Assembly (NCBI GenBank): GCA_038057125.1
Contig: JBBUDU010000003.1
Span: 15,046 to 79,045 of the forward strand
Length of the DNA stretch: 64,000 bases
Direction of reading: 5' to 3'
Source: Patescibacteria group bacterium
GTDB taxonomy: Bacteria; Patescibacteriota; Minisyncoccia; Phycocordibacterales; UBA1550
Shown: one piece after another, positions 7,085-16,314 of the stretch
How positions within the stretch are numbered: position 1 is the first letter of the stretch
How the letters are laid out: each line of letters opens with the position of its first letter
Notes under the pieces: model-generated
What the model saw: only the letters and a program-made list of their open reading frames with translations
The model's database searches: none
What the model was told of the DNA's origin: nothing
Position numbers and translations under genes: made by a program

Positions 7085-8800
7085 ATGCATATCGCGCAAG
7101 AAAAGTTGAAATCAATAGTGATGGAGTCTGGACTCGTGAATGAGGCGGATTTTACATCGGCTGTTGAGGAGTCTCGTCGGTCAGGACAGACTGTTTCAAA
7201 TGTTTTAATAGGCGGAGGTAAAGTCCCCGAAGATTATTTTGTCGAGCTTTTGAGTCCATACTATGGCGTGCCGGTAGTAAATTTGAAAAAAGAAGGACAA
7301 ACAATAGACTCCAGTGTTCTCGAGCTCATTTCCGAAGTGTATGCAAAATCCAAAAACATAGTCCTCTTTGCGTATGATAAAGAAAAAGGGATTGTAAAAG
7401 TTGCGATGCTGGACCCGTTTGACTACGACACCATTGAATACATCCGCGCAAAATTAAATGTGTGGGTTGAGCCTTACCTCACTACCTTCACAAGCTTGCG
7501 CTACGGACTCAAACATTACAAGAAAAAAGTCGGTGTTGATTTTAGTCAAGTAATTTCTGAAAACATTGAGCAATCGCTTGCCCTAACCGAAGAAAAAGAT
7601 GTTTCAAAAACCGCCACATCGGTGCCTATCGTCAGTATTTTAGACAATGTGATAGACCACGCCGTGGCTCTTTCTACTTCAGATATTCACTTTGAACCGC
7701 TTGAACACGAGCTCCTCGTGCGCTTTCGCATAGACGGCATTATGCAGGAAATTTTAACATTGCCAAAAGCTATTGCGCCTATCCTTGTAGCTCGCGTAAA
7801 AATCCTCGGCAGTATGCAAATAGATGAACATCGCATGCCGCAAGACGGACGTTTTCGTTTTGAAATGGATGACGGCGGGAACATAGACGTTCGAGTAAAT
7901 ATTATGCCTATTTTCCACGGAGAGAAAGTTGAAATGCGTATTCTAAAAAGTTCTGCTCGGCCACTTACTCTCAAAGACCTTGGCATGTCGGACGAGGGAA
8001 TTATAATTCTCAACAACGAAATCAAAAAGCCTCACGGAATGATTCTTGTTACGGGTCCAACAGGTCACGGAAAAACCACAACACTTTATGCGGTACTTCA
8101 TATTTTGAATACGCCATCGGTAAACATTACCACCATTGAAGATCCTATAGAGTACGAGTTTCCGCGCGTGAACCAAACTCAAGTAAATCCAAAAGCGGGG
8201 ATTACTTTTGCAAACGGTCTCCGCGCTCTCCTTCGTCAAAACCCCGACATCCTTATGATCGGTGAAATTCGTGACAACGAAACAGTCGAGATTGCCATCC
8301 ACGCGGCGCTCACGGGGCACCTTGTGTTGTCGTCACTTCATACCAACGACGCCCCATCTGCGCTTCCTCGCCTCCTAGACATGGGTGCGCCGGCGTTCCT
8401 ACTCTCCTCAACAGTAAATATGGTCATCGCACAGCGTCTCGTGCGTCGTATTTGCACCTCGTGCATCGAATCCTATCCCGCAAGCCCTGAAATAATGCGT
8501 CTTATAAAAGCTCAGATAGAGCTTGCGGGGGACACGGTGGCAAGCGTTCCCACGACGCTTTTTCGTGGAAAGGGATGCAAAGTTTGCGGAAATTCGGGTT
8601 TTCAGGGACAGGTTGGCATCTTTGAGCTCTTTCGTATCAACGACTCTGTCCGTGAAATGATTCTCCGCGAGGCCCCTATTTCAGAAGTGCGAAAGAAAGC
8701 AATCGAAGATGGTATGACAACAATGTTTGAGGATGGTCTCACTAAAGTCGAAAAAGGAGTAACGACCATTGAAGAGATACTCAGAGTTGTTAAGGAGTAA
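7085..8800 (+). CDS. pilB: type IV pilus assembly ATPase (PilB/GspE family)
   Basis: Walker A GPTGHGKTT, Walker B/Asp box DILMIGEIRD, His box LTGHLVLSSLHTND, tetracysteine CTSC...CKVC. The ORF track starts at a TTG at 7049. The ATG at 7085 is preferred but uncertain. Confidence 0.93.
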   Translation: MHIAQEKLKSIVMESGLVNEADFTSAVEESRRSGQTVSNVLIGGGKVPEDYFVELLSPYYGVPVVNLKKEGQTIDSSVLELISEVYAKSKNIVLFAYDKEKGIVKVAMLDPFDYDTIEYIRAKLNVWVEPYLTTFTSLRYGLKHYKKKVGVDFSQVISENIEQSLALTEEKDVSKTATSVPIVSILDNVIDHAVALSTSDIHFEPLEHELLVRFRIDGIMQEILTLPKAIAPILVARVKILGSMQIDEHRMPQDGRFRFEMDDGGNIDVRVNIMPIFHGEKVEMRILKSSARPLTLKDLGMSDEGIIILNNEIKKPHGMILVTGPTGHGKTTTLYAVLHILNTPSVNITTIEDPIEYEFPRVNQTQVNPKAGITFANGLRALLRQNPDILMIGEIRDNETVEIAIHAALTGHLVLSSLHTNDAPSALPRLLDMGAPAFLLSSTVNMVIAQRLVRRICTSCIESYPASPEIMRLIKAQIELAGDTVASVPTTLFRGKGCKVCGNSGFQGQVGIFELFRINDSVREMILREAPISEVRKKAIEDGMTTMFEDGLTKVEKGVTTIEEILRVVKE

Positions 8801-8811
8801 CAAAACAAATT

Positions 8812-10032
8812 ATGGCTATATTTATTTACGAAGCAACAAATCGCGAAGGGAGAGTGGTCCACGGAGAATACGAGGGAATGACGCACGATGAAACGGTGCA
8901 ATACCTCATCAAGCGCGACCTCACCCCGATTTCTGTTGAAGCACTGCACTCGGCTGGAAGTAAAAAAAATCTTCTTTCCATTCAGTTTTTTGACAGCATC
9001 GGGCCTATGGATATTATGTTTCTTGTCCGCAATCTTTCTGCGACAGTAACTGCGGGACTCTCTATCGTAGAGGCGCTGGACATTTTGATAGGGGACGCGG
9101 AAAAAGCATCGATGAAAAGGATTCTTCAAGAAGTACAAGCGCTCATAAAAAACGGACAGACACTTTCAAAAGGTTTTGAGAGGCACGCCCACTTGTTCCC
9201 GTCTATTTTTATGGGAATGCTCCGCGCCGGTGAGATGTCTGGACAGCTCGATAAAACACTCGTCGAGCTTAGCAAGTACTTAAGCAAAGAATACAACCTG
9301 CGCGCGAAAGTTAAGTCTGCGCTTATGTATCCAATAATCCTTCTTGTCGCTTCATCTGGCGTGGTGGCCATGCTCCTTATGTTTGTCCTACCTCGCCTCA
9401 CAAAAGCATTCGCTTCAAGCGGAGTGGAACTCCCATGGGTTACAAAGTTTTTCCTTGGGCTTTCGAATATGCTCACATACAGCTATACACTTGACCTCGT
9501 TGTTCTTGGATTTCTTTTTTATTTTTTTCTTTATTTTCGAAATACGCGCATGGGAAAAAAGTTGTTCTTTTTTCTTCTTTCGCATCTACCGGTTGCGAGC
9601 GACCTCATAAAGAAAATTGCGCTCGTGCGCTTTTCACGCACATTTGGCAATCTTCTCGGAAGCGGTATCTCTGCGCTGGAGGCACTCGATCTTTCATCTC
9701 AGTCTATTGGAAATCAAATCTACACTAAGGCTCTTTCATCTGTATCTGTCGACATACAAAACGGCATGCCAATTTCTAAAGCCCTTGAAAAATTTCCTGC
9801 CCTCTTCCCTCGGCTTCTCATAAGCCTCATTATTGTCGGTGAACGCACGGGAACGCTCCACGAGATTCTCGGCACATTTTCAGATTTCTTTGAAGAAGAG
9901 GTCGATAATAAACTGAAAGATCTTACCGTGATTCTTGAGCCGATACTCCTTCTTATTATGGGACTCCTTGTCGGCGCGATTGCGGTGTCTATTATTCTTC
10001 CTATTTATCAGCTTGTCGGTAATTTCGTTTAA
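8812..10032 (+). CDS. pilC: type IV pilus platform protein (PilC/GspF family)
   Basis: 406 aa with two T2SSF-like repeats and 3-4 TM segments. AAGGAG SD upstream. Immediately follows pilB. Confidence 0.9.
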   Translation: MAIFIYEATNREGRVVHGEYEGMTHDETVQYLIKRDLTPISVEALHSAGSKKNLLSIQFFDSIGPMDIMFLVRNLSATVTAGLSIVEALDILIGDAEKASMKRILQEVQALIKNGQTLSKGFERHAHLFPSIFMGMLRAGEMSGQLDKTLVELSKYLSKEYNLRAKVKSALMYPIILLVASSGVVAMLLMFVLPRLTKAFASSGVELPWVTKFFLGLSNMLTYSYTLDLVVLGFLFYFFLYFRNTRMGKKLFFFLLSHLPVASDLIKKIALVRFSRTFGNLLGSGISALEALDLSSQSIGNQIYTKALSSVSVDIQNGMPISKALEKFPALFPRLLISLIIVGERTGTLHEILGTFSDFFEEEVDNKLKDLTVILEPILLLIMGLLVGAIAVSIILPIYQLVGNFV

Positions 10033-10038
10033 TACAAT

Positions 10039-10530
10039 ATGAACGCTCGTTCCCAAAACGGACTTGTCCGCACGAGTTTTTTGAGGAAAAATTCTGGCGG
10101 ATTTTCACTTCTAGAACTCCTCATAGTTTTGGGGATTACGTCGCTACTCTTGGCGGCTGGTAGCGGTGTGTATCGCAATTTTGGTAAGAATGTGGAACTT
10201 ACTTCCACCTCGCAGGCTATGTCTGCGGATATGCGCCAGATGCAGTCGAAAGCGATGACGGGTGAGAGCAGTCTAAGGTGGGGAGTGAGCCTCATAAATA
10301 GCACCGACGATCGTTATGACCTCTTCTCGCTCACAGACGCTGGAGTGTACGCCACAGACACTACAATCTATCTTCCCAAAAGTATCACATTTTCCGACCC
10401 GACCGAAGGTACTGTCAAAAACATTATTTTCAGCAAGATTTCTGGTAGTACTACTGCCACCACCACGACCATCACATCCGAAGGTTCAATAGCAACAACC
10501 ACAATATCCAGCGTTGGAACTATATATTAG
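10039..10530 (+). CDS. pseudopilin / minor pilin
   Basis: Prepilin motif SGGFSLLELLIVLGITSLLL after a 20-aa basic leader. T-rich C-terminus. Confidence 0.8.
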   Translation: MNARSQNGLVRTSFLRKNSGGFSLLELLIVLGITSLLLAAGSGVYRNFGKNVELTSTSQAMSADMRQMQSKAMTGESSLRWGVSLINSTDDRYDLFSLTDAGVYATDTTIYLPKSITFSDPTEGTVKNIIFSKISGSTTATTTTITSEGSIATTTISSVGTIY

Positions 10531-10531
10531 T

Positions 10532-11035
10532 ATGAAATCTACCAATCAAAATAATTACGCGTTTGTAGATAGCCAAAATGTTAACTTGGCTATCCGTTCG
10601 CTCGGATGGAAATTGGATTTCGCGCGGTTCCGCGTCCATCTAAAGGAAAAATATGGCGTAACGAAAGCTTTTTTGTTTGTTGGTTATGTAGAGAGTAATA
10701 ATGATTTATATATCTCTTTACAGTCAGCAGGGTTTCTATGCATTTTTAAGCCTACACTTGAATATAAGGATGGAACAACTAAGGGTAATTGTGATGCCGA
10801 GTTAGTCCTTCGTGCAATGATAGAGTATCCAAACTACGAAAAAGCAGTGATTGTGACGGGTGACGGGGACTTCTATTGCCTGATACAGTACTTGATAGAA
10901 AAAGATAAATTTGAGCGTGTTATTATTCCAAACTTTTTTAAATACTCAGCTCTTTTAAAGAGGTTTGGACGAAAACAATTAGATTTTATGAACGAATTAA
11001 GAAACAAACTAGAGTATAAAAAAAGGACCCCGTAG
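10532..11035 (+). CDS. NYN-domain (LabA/DUF88-like) predicted RNase
   Basis: NYAFVDSQNVNL ... FLFVGY ... GNCDAELVL ... VIVTGDGDFYCLIQYL matches the NYN/LabA acidic motifs. The ATG is 2 nt after the pseudopilin stop. Confidence 0.8.
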   Translation: MKSTNQNNYAFVDSQNVNLAIRSLGWKLDFARFRVHLKEKYGVTKAFLFVGYVESNNDLYISLQSAGFLCIFKPTLEYKDGTTKGNCDAELVLRAMIEYPNYEKAVIVTGDGDFYCLIQYLIEKDKFERVIIPNFFKYSALLKRFGRKQLDFMNELRNKLEYKKRTP

Positions 11036-11060
11036 GGACGGAATCCTACGGGGGACTTTT
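11027..11060 (+). terminator. hairpin at the NYN gene stop
   Basis: ccccgtagg gacggaat cctacgggg then gactttt. Confidence 0.55.
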
Positions 11061-11112
11061 CGTGGTGATAGGTACAGTATACACCTAACAAAAAAGATGT
11101 CAATAAGGTAAA

Positions 11113-11799
11113 ATGAGTAGGCAAGCAGAAACACAAATGAAAAACATTAAGCATTCAACATTCAACATTCAACATTCAACCCAACGCGGGGCCCTTCTCC
11201 TAGAGCTCCTCATAGTGATTGCTATTCTCGCTATCATTCTCTCTGTCGGGAGTCAGGCGATGCTTGTCTCTATGCAAAGCGGTAAGGTCTCGGGCGAGCG
11301 TGATGTGGCGACCGCGCTTGCGAATGAGGCGCTTGAAGCGGTGAGGGGAGTCACGGAGGAAAAGTGGCAGAATCTTTACAACTTAACAGGCAAGGGTACG
11401 ACGCACTACTTTGCATCATCAACTGTGTCCGCAGGAAAGTGGACACTCACTGCCACGTCCACCGCCACAGATGAGCTAGTGGTTATGAATGGAATCACAT
11501 ATACACGTTATGTGATTGTTGATAATGTGAGTCGCGATGCAACATCGCGGGCGATTGTAACTTCCGGAGGAGAAGACGATCCATCCACCCAAAAAGTCAC
11601 AGTAACAGTCTCGTGGCCAAATGCTGACACCGTTACGATTTCTGATTATTTTTTCCGTTGGAGAAACAAGGTGTGTAGCCAGACAAGTTGGGCTGGAGCA
11701 GGTGGTACAGCGAACGGTATTGAGGCGTGCGGAACAAATAGATACGACACAATAGATAGCACGGCCACCACTTCAGATGGTACGCTTCAGCTGATATAA
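11113..11799 (+). CDS. pseudopilin / minor pilin with long leader
   Basis: QRGALLLELLIVIAILAIILS prepilin-like motif after a 24-aa leader. The leader coding region carries (ATTCAAC)x4. Confidence 0.75.
   Translation: MSRQAETQMKNIKHSTFNIQHSTQRGALLLELLIVIAILAIILSVGSQAMLVSMQSGKVSGERDVATALANEALEAVRGVTEEKWQNLYNLTGKGTTHYFASSTVSAGKWTLTATSTATDELVVMNGITYTRYVIVDNVSRDATSRAIVTSGGEDDPSTQKVTVTVSWPNADTVTISDYFFRWRNKVCSQTSWAGAGGTANGIEACGTNRYDTIDSTATTSDGTLQLI
11153..11180 (+). repeat. tandem heptanucleotide repeat (ATTCAAC)x4 inside the pseudopilin leader coding region
   Basis: attcaac repeats at 11153, 11160, 11167 and 11174. It is preceded by a degenerate unit, attaagc. Confidence 0.95.
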
Positions 11800-11804
11800 T
11801 ATAA

Positions 11805-14519
11805 GTGATGAAAAACTATTTGCCTAAAAAACGCGCAATTTTGAAAAATTTCAGATTTTTTCTGGTTGCGATGCTGGTTTCTTCATGGATTTTTTCTGGT
11901 TGGCCACAGATTTTTGATTTTCCACCAAAAATTCCACAAACGCTGGCGGCGCTACCGACCTTTGTCGCTGCTGGCGCTGTAACGAAAGCTGCAGGAGCTA
12001 TCACGCCGGGCATGCCGAGCGGAGTCTTAACGAATGACGTTTTGCTTCTCTTCATTGAAACGCAGGACCAGTCCATTACCGTATCGGGCGGGACGGAAAC
12101 TTGGACGGCGGTTACCGGCTCGCCGATTACGGGAGCTGTTGGAACGGATCTTACAGTTTTTTGGGCCAGAGCATCGCAGGACGCCCCGACGTCTCCGACC
12201 ACAAGCGACTCCGGTGATCATCAGCTTGCCGTCATCTTGGCGGCCCGTGGTGTTATTACCTCCGGCGATCCATGGGATGTTGTCGCAACCGGCACAGCAG
12301 GCTCCGGCACAGCAGTGTCTTTCCCGAGTGTAACCACAACAGTTGTTGACACGATGATTATTCATGCCATCGCCGGTGATGGTCCGGACGGCAACAGCAC
12401 CGCGAACCTTTCCGGAGAAACAAATAGCGCACTAACCAATCTTGTCGAACGGAGCGATGAAAGAGTAAATACGGGAGGGGGCGGATTGCTCGGTACATAC
12501 TCAGGAGAGAAAGCATCAACAGGTTCAACTGGCAACACCACTGCCACGCTTGCCAACGCGGCGACGCAGGCGATGATAACTATTGCATTAAAACCTGCCC
12601 CTTCGACTATTACCGTCGGTACCACCGGTACTCAAACTGCCAATATGAACATCCCCTCAACCAACCAATATGTTGGCGGCGCGTGGACTTTTGTCAGAAA
12701 CGAAAGCACGGCAGATGTTACTTCAATAACTGTCAGCGAAACCGATGCTTCGCTTGTTGCTCAAACTTACCTTGCCAATCTGGATTTATATTACGAAACT
12801 GCTGCAACCTGTACCTATAACGGCACGGAAACTCTATTTGGGACGGATACCGCGTTTGACGCTTCAGAAGATGCGGTAATTACGGGAACGATGGCTGTCG
12901 GCACTTCGCAGGTGTGCGTGTATGCGGTAGTGGATGTTGTTACCGGCGCGCCTGATGCTGATACTTTTGACTTGGAAATTACTAATCCATCCACGGAAGT
13001 GGTAGTTTCGGCTGGCGTTGTGAGTCCGGCTACTGCTGTGGCTATTGCAGGAGCGACAACGATTAACTTATTGCCAAATGTTTTTCAAGACCATTATCGC
13101 TGGAGAAATGACAATGGCCCGCAGGGCGACACTGCACAAACCCTTTATTTTAACCCGACGGGTAATGGTTTTGGGACGGTAGATTTCGCGCTTGTTGTCG
13201 GTTGTACGGCAGGTAGTGAGTGGGATTGCGTGGATGACGACACGGCTGATACTTCAAGCGCGGCGCCGACAAGTGATACAGAAACCTCCGAACTACTCCT
13301 CGCCGCCGTTACCGATTATTACACTTTAGCCAACGACGCTCTCCCATCTGGCGCAACAGTGACCCAGTTGGATATCACCGTTGCCGGGGCCGATGATATT
13401 GGGAATCCGAATACAAGCATTACTTTGGGATATTGCGTAAATATAGCCAGCGACGCGGTTGAATGCGGTGTAGCCGACGCGATGGGGTCGGCTCAAGCCA
13501 TCACTGGGGCAGACCAGACCAAAACTTACCAAGTTACCGGGTTAAGTATCAATGCAACTCGGATGAATGCAATGGAACTGGTGCTTACCGGTAGCGGCGC
13601 AAAAGCGTCAATTTCCACTTTATATGTTTTGGTAACTTATACAGTTCCCGAAGCCACTTGGGCGCAAGCCGAAGATGCCGTCCACACAGGTCTTGCCAAG
13701 AGCACCAACATCCGCCTCCGCTTTCAGGCAGATAATACTGGCGGTAGCGCTTCAAACTATAATTACCGTTTGGAATATGCGGCACAAAGCGGGACTTGTG
13801 ACACCGCATATTCCGGGGAAAGCTATGTCGCGGTGCCCGATGTCGCAAACACCGAACACTTTGATATGACTTTGAGCGGCAGTAGTTTGTATGTTGACGG
13901 CGACCCGACTACGGCTAAATTGACTGCCGACGCGCTCACCTTTGTTGCCGGCGATACCGTAGAAAGCACTTCAAATCAATCAGGTGCAATCACATTAGGC
14001 AACAATCAATACACTGAACTGGAATATGTTTTTCAGGCGAACAGCAATGCAACCGACGGCGGAGTGTATTGTTTTCGCAATACGAACGCTGGCACAGCTT
14101 TGAATTCTGCCGATGTGATGGCACAAGTTACTTTAGCCGGTGGCGGTGCTTCATTAAAAAATGCGACTGGGACGGTAGCCTCGGCAGTCTTTGATACGGT
14201 TGTCGATGGGGCGGGATATAATTCAATAATGTGGGATGGAACACTCAATAGTGGTGCTGTGCGCTTCCAGTTTGCCGCATCCGCATCAAGTACTGGACCG
14301 TGGGATTATTACGGTGGCACGACATGTGGTGCGCTTGATTGGTTTTCTGCACCGACTCCTGGCACTCCAGTAGAACTCAAGGGCACAGCATGCCAAAATG
14401 CTTGGAAAAACAAGCGATACTATCGGTATAAGGTACAGCTTTGTTCTTTGTCAACTTGCGACGGGCAGGGCTCTACAACTCCTGTTGTAAATAAAATAGT
14501 AGTCAATTGGGCACCGTAA
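11805..14519 (+). CDS. large T/A/G-rich surface protein with N-terminal membrane anchor (pilus-associated adhesin candidate)
   Basis: 904-aa ORF. N-terminal basic segment plus hydrophobic FFLVAMLVSSWIFSGW. HYRWRNDNGPQG motif and ..IRLRFQADNTGG.. beta-sandwich-like modules. GTG at 11805 or ATG at 11808. Lies between pseudopilin genes. Confidence 0.7.
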   Translation: MMKNYLPKKRAILKNFRFFLVAMLVSSWIFSGWPQIFDFPPKIPQTLAALPTFVAAGAVTKAAGAITPGMPSGVLTNDVLLLFIETQDQSITVSGGTETWTAVTGSPITGAVGTDLTVFWARASQDAPTSPTTSDSGDHQLAVILAARGVITSGDPWDVVATGTAGSGTAVSFPSVTTTVVDTMIIHAIAGDGPDGNSTANLSGETNSALTNLVERSDERVNTGGGGLLGTYSGEKASTGSTGNTTATLANAATQAMITIALKPAPSTITVGTTGTQTANMNIPSTNQYVGGAWTFVRNESTADVTSITVSETDASLVAQTYLANLDLYYETAATCTYNGTETLFGTDTAFDASEDAVITGTMAVGTSQVCVYAVVDVVTGAPDADTFDLEITNPSTEVVVSAGVVSPATAVAIAGATTINLLPNVFQDHYRWRNDNGPQGDTAQTLYFNPTGNGFGTVDFALVVGCTAGSEWDCVDDDTADTSSAAPTSDTETSELLLAAVTDYYTLANDALPSGATVTQLDITVAGADDIGNPNTSITLGYCVNIASDAVECGVADAMGSAQAITGADQTKTYQVTGLSINATRMNAMELVLTGSGAKASISTLYVLVTYTVPEATWAQAEDAVHTGLAKSTNIRLRFQADNTGGSASNYNYRLEYAAQSGTCDTAYSGESYVAVPDVANTEHFDMTLSGSSLYVDGDPTTAKLTADALTFVAGDTVESTSNQSGAITLGNNQYTELEYVFQANSNATDGGVYCFRNTNAGTALNSADVMAQVTLAGGGASLKNATGTVASAVFDTVVDGAGYNSIMWDGTLNSGAVRFQFAASASSTGPWDYYGGTTCGALDWFSAPTPGTPVELKGTACQNAWKNKRYYRYKVQLCSLSTCDGQGSTTPVVNKIVVNWAP

Positions 14520-14528
14520 AAATAGAAT

Positions 14529-15059
14529 ATGGAATATAGAAAATTGAAAATAGCGATGGCAGGACAAAATCGAGGAACAAGCTTACTTGAGCTTTTGCTT
14601 TACATTGCCATACTTGCGGGGCTGATGATTGTTGTTACGGATGCATTTACTTCGCTCTCAAAAGGACGCGGACAATCGCAAGCAAAGAGTGAGGTCAATG
14701 CTGCTATTCGTTTTGCAACAGAGAAAATTCGTCAGGACCTAAAAGGCGCAAGTGTGGTCACAACACCAATTTTAGGCACTGCATCGTCAACATTAAATCT
14801 TACCGCAAGCAGTACAGTAATAATTTATGATGTTTCTTCCGGTCAGCTTCGCCGCAAGGAAGGAGCCGGCGCCTATGTCGCCGTAACTGGGTCGAATATT
14901 ACCGTATCGACTCCTACATTTACCCGCCTTGAAAATCGCAATACCTTTCTTGGCGCTACCACCACCGCGATACAAATTGCGATGGCGATGAGTTATAATT
15001 CATCTAGCACAGACTGGAGATATTCCGCTTCACTTCGTACGGCAGTAACTTTGAGATAA
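14529..15059 (+). CDS. pseudopilin / minor pilin
   Basis: NRGTSLLELLLYIAILAGLMIVV prepilin-type motif with Glu+5. 176 aa. Confidence 0.8.
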   Translation: MEYRKLKIAMAGQNRGTSLLELLLYIAILAGLMIVVTDAFTSLSKGRGQSQAKSEVNAAIRFATEKIRQDLKGASVVTTPILGTASSTLNLTASSTVIIYDVSSGQLRRKEGAGAYVAVTGSNITVSTPTFTRLENRNTFLGATTTAIQIAMAMSYNSSSTDWRYSASLRTAVTLR

Positions 15060-15068
15060 AATATAATT

Positions 15069-15500
15069 ATGAAAACTCCCTCTACTCGCGGTGTCGCAAC
15101 TCTTCCTACGGTGATGGTCATAGGCATTATAGCTCTTGCCGTGGCGGTTGGAGTAACCGCAGTGGCACTTACGGAGTCGTTTATCTCACAAGCGGGGATT
15201 CAGTCCAACAAAGCGCTTTTTTATGCTGAGGCTGGCGCTCGTGATGCTCTCATTCGCGTGGCACGTGACAAGACTTTTGCCACAACATCATACAATATTG
15301 ATTTTACAACAGATGCTTCTGGATGTAGTGGCTTATGGAACGGATGCGCGACAATAGCGGTATCATCCACCACTCCCCAAACCGCCACCTCTACAGGAGC
15401 AGTGGGAGCCACCAAGCGCACACTGGTGGTTAGTATCGCCCAATCTACTGACGGTGAAATAGCCACCAGTACGACTACATGGAGCGAATTCACTAACTAG
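15069..15500 (+). CDS. PilX-like minor pilin / pilus assembly protein
   Basis: N-terminal RGVATLPTVMVIGIIALAVAVGV hydrophobic helix followed by ALFYAEAGARDAL, as in the PilX N-terminal family. Last gene of the pilus operon. Confidence 0.6.
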   Translation: MKTPSTRGVATLPTVMVIGIIALAVAVGVTAVALTESFISQAGIQSNKALFYAEAGARDALIRVARDKTFATTSYNIDFTTDASGCSGLWNGCATIAVSSTTPQTATSTGAVGATKRTLVVSIAQSTDGEIATSTTTWSEFTN

Positions 15501-15527
15501 TTTAAAGTATCTTATCGTATTTTTAAA

Positions 15528-15569
15528 AATACATGTCCATGCTGAACTAGGCCAGCATCGACATGTATT
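15528..15569 (+). terminator. 17-bp-stem hairpin (one mismatch) ending the pilus operon
   Basis: aatacatgtccatgctg / cagcatcgacatgtatt with loop aactaggc. Confidence 0.55.
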
Positions 15570-15633
15570 AGTTTATCAATTAGAACCTGCCCACTATATT
15601 ACCGCTGGTATAAAATATATCACTCGTATAATA

Positions 15634-15673
15634 ATTGCATAATAAGTTAACGGTCGTTAACTTATTATGCAAT
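15634..15673. repeat. 19-bp-stem hairpin, upstream flank of cassette B
   Basis: attgcataataagttaacg (15634-15652) / cgttaacttattatgcaat (15655-15673). A perfect TATAAT at 15627-15632 sits immediately upstream. Confidence 0.95.
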
Positions 15674-15689
15674 AGGTATCAAGTGGTGT

Positions 15690-16292
15690 ATGATTAAATA
15701 TAGTATGAAAAGCGCAGAGCTAAAACTCAAAAAGAAGATACGAAATTCAAAAATTCAAAAGGTTCTGTTGAATACCCTCTATATCGCTGGTGTTTTAGGC
15801 GTAGCAGTCGTTGCTCCAAAGATGCTATCGCTCTTAAAGCATCTTGATCCCCAAAAGAAAGGAAGCAGAAAATCAAGTGTGAATACTGCAATTAAGAGAC
15901 TTCAAGAGAAGGGGTTGGTTGTCTGGGAGAAGTCTGGTAATGGTATTTTTTTGAGATTAACAAACGAAGGAGAGAGAACACTTAAATTTATTGAGCGCAA
16001 TGAGTTTAAGATTACTAAACCTAAAAAATGGGACGAGAAATGGAGAGTTATAATTTTTGATATAAAAGAAACGAAGAGGGGACTCAGAGATAAATTTAGG
16101 AGAACACTTGTGCGAATAGGATTTCTAAAGTTACAGGATAGTGTTTGGGTGTACCCATATAATTGTGAGGAGCTGATGACCTTATTGAAAGCAGATTTTA
16201 TGATGGGAAAGGAAATTTTGTACATAATTGCTGACTCTATTGAGAACGATAAATGGGCGAAGAACCATTTCGGTCTTAAAACACCTAAGTAG
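15690..16292 (+). CDS. winged-helix + Cas2/PaaX-like domain protein (cassette B)
   Basis: Same architecture as the 6324-6878 product: hydrophobic VLLNTLYIAGVLGVAVVAP, wHTH-like IKRLQEKGLVVWEKSGNGIFLRLTNEGERTL, then KKWDEKWRVIIFDIKETKRGLRDKFRRTLVRIGFLKLQDSVWVYPY. Confidence 0.7.
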   Translation: MIKYSMKSAELKLKKKIRNSKIQKVLLNTLYIAGVLGVAVVAPKMLSLLKHLDPQKKGSRKSSVNTAIKRLQEKGLVVWEKSGNGIFLRLTNEGERTLKFIERNEFKITKPKKWDEKWRVIIFDIKETKRGLRDKFRRTLVRIGFLKLQDSVWVYPYNCEELMTLLKADFMMGKEILYIIADSIENDKWAKNHFGLKTPK

Positions 16293-16314
16293 AACCGCCA
16301 ATATAAAATATACA

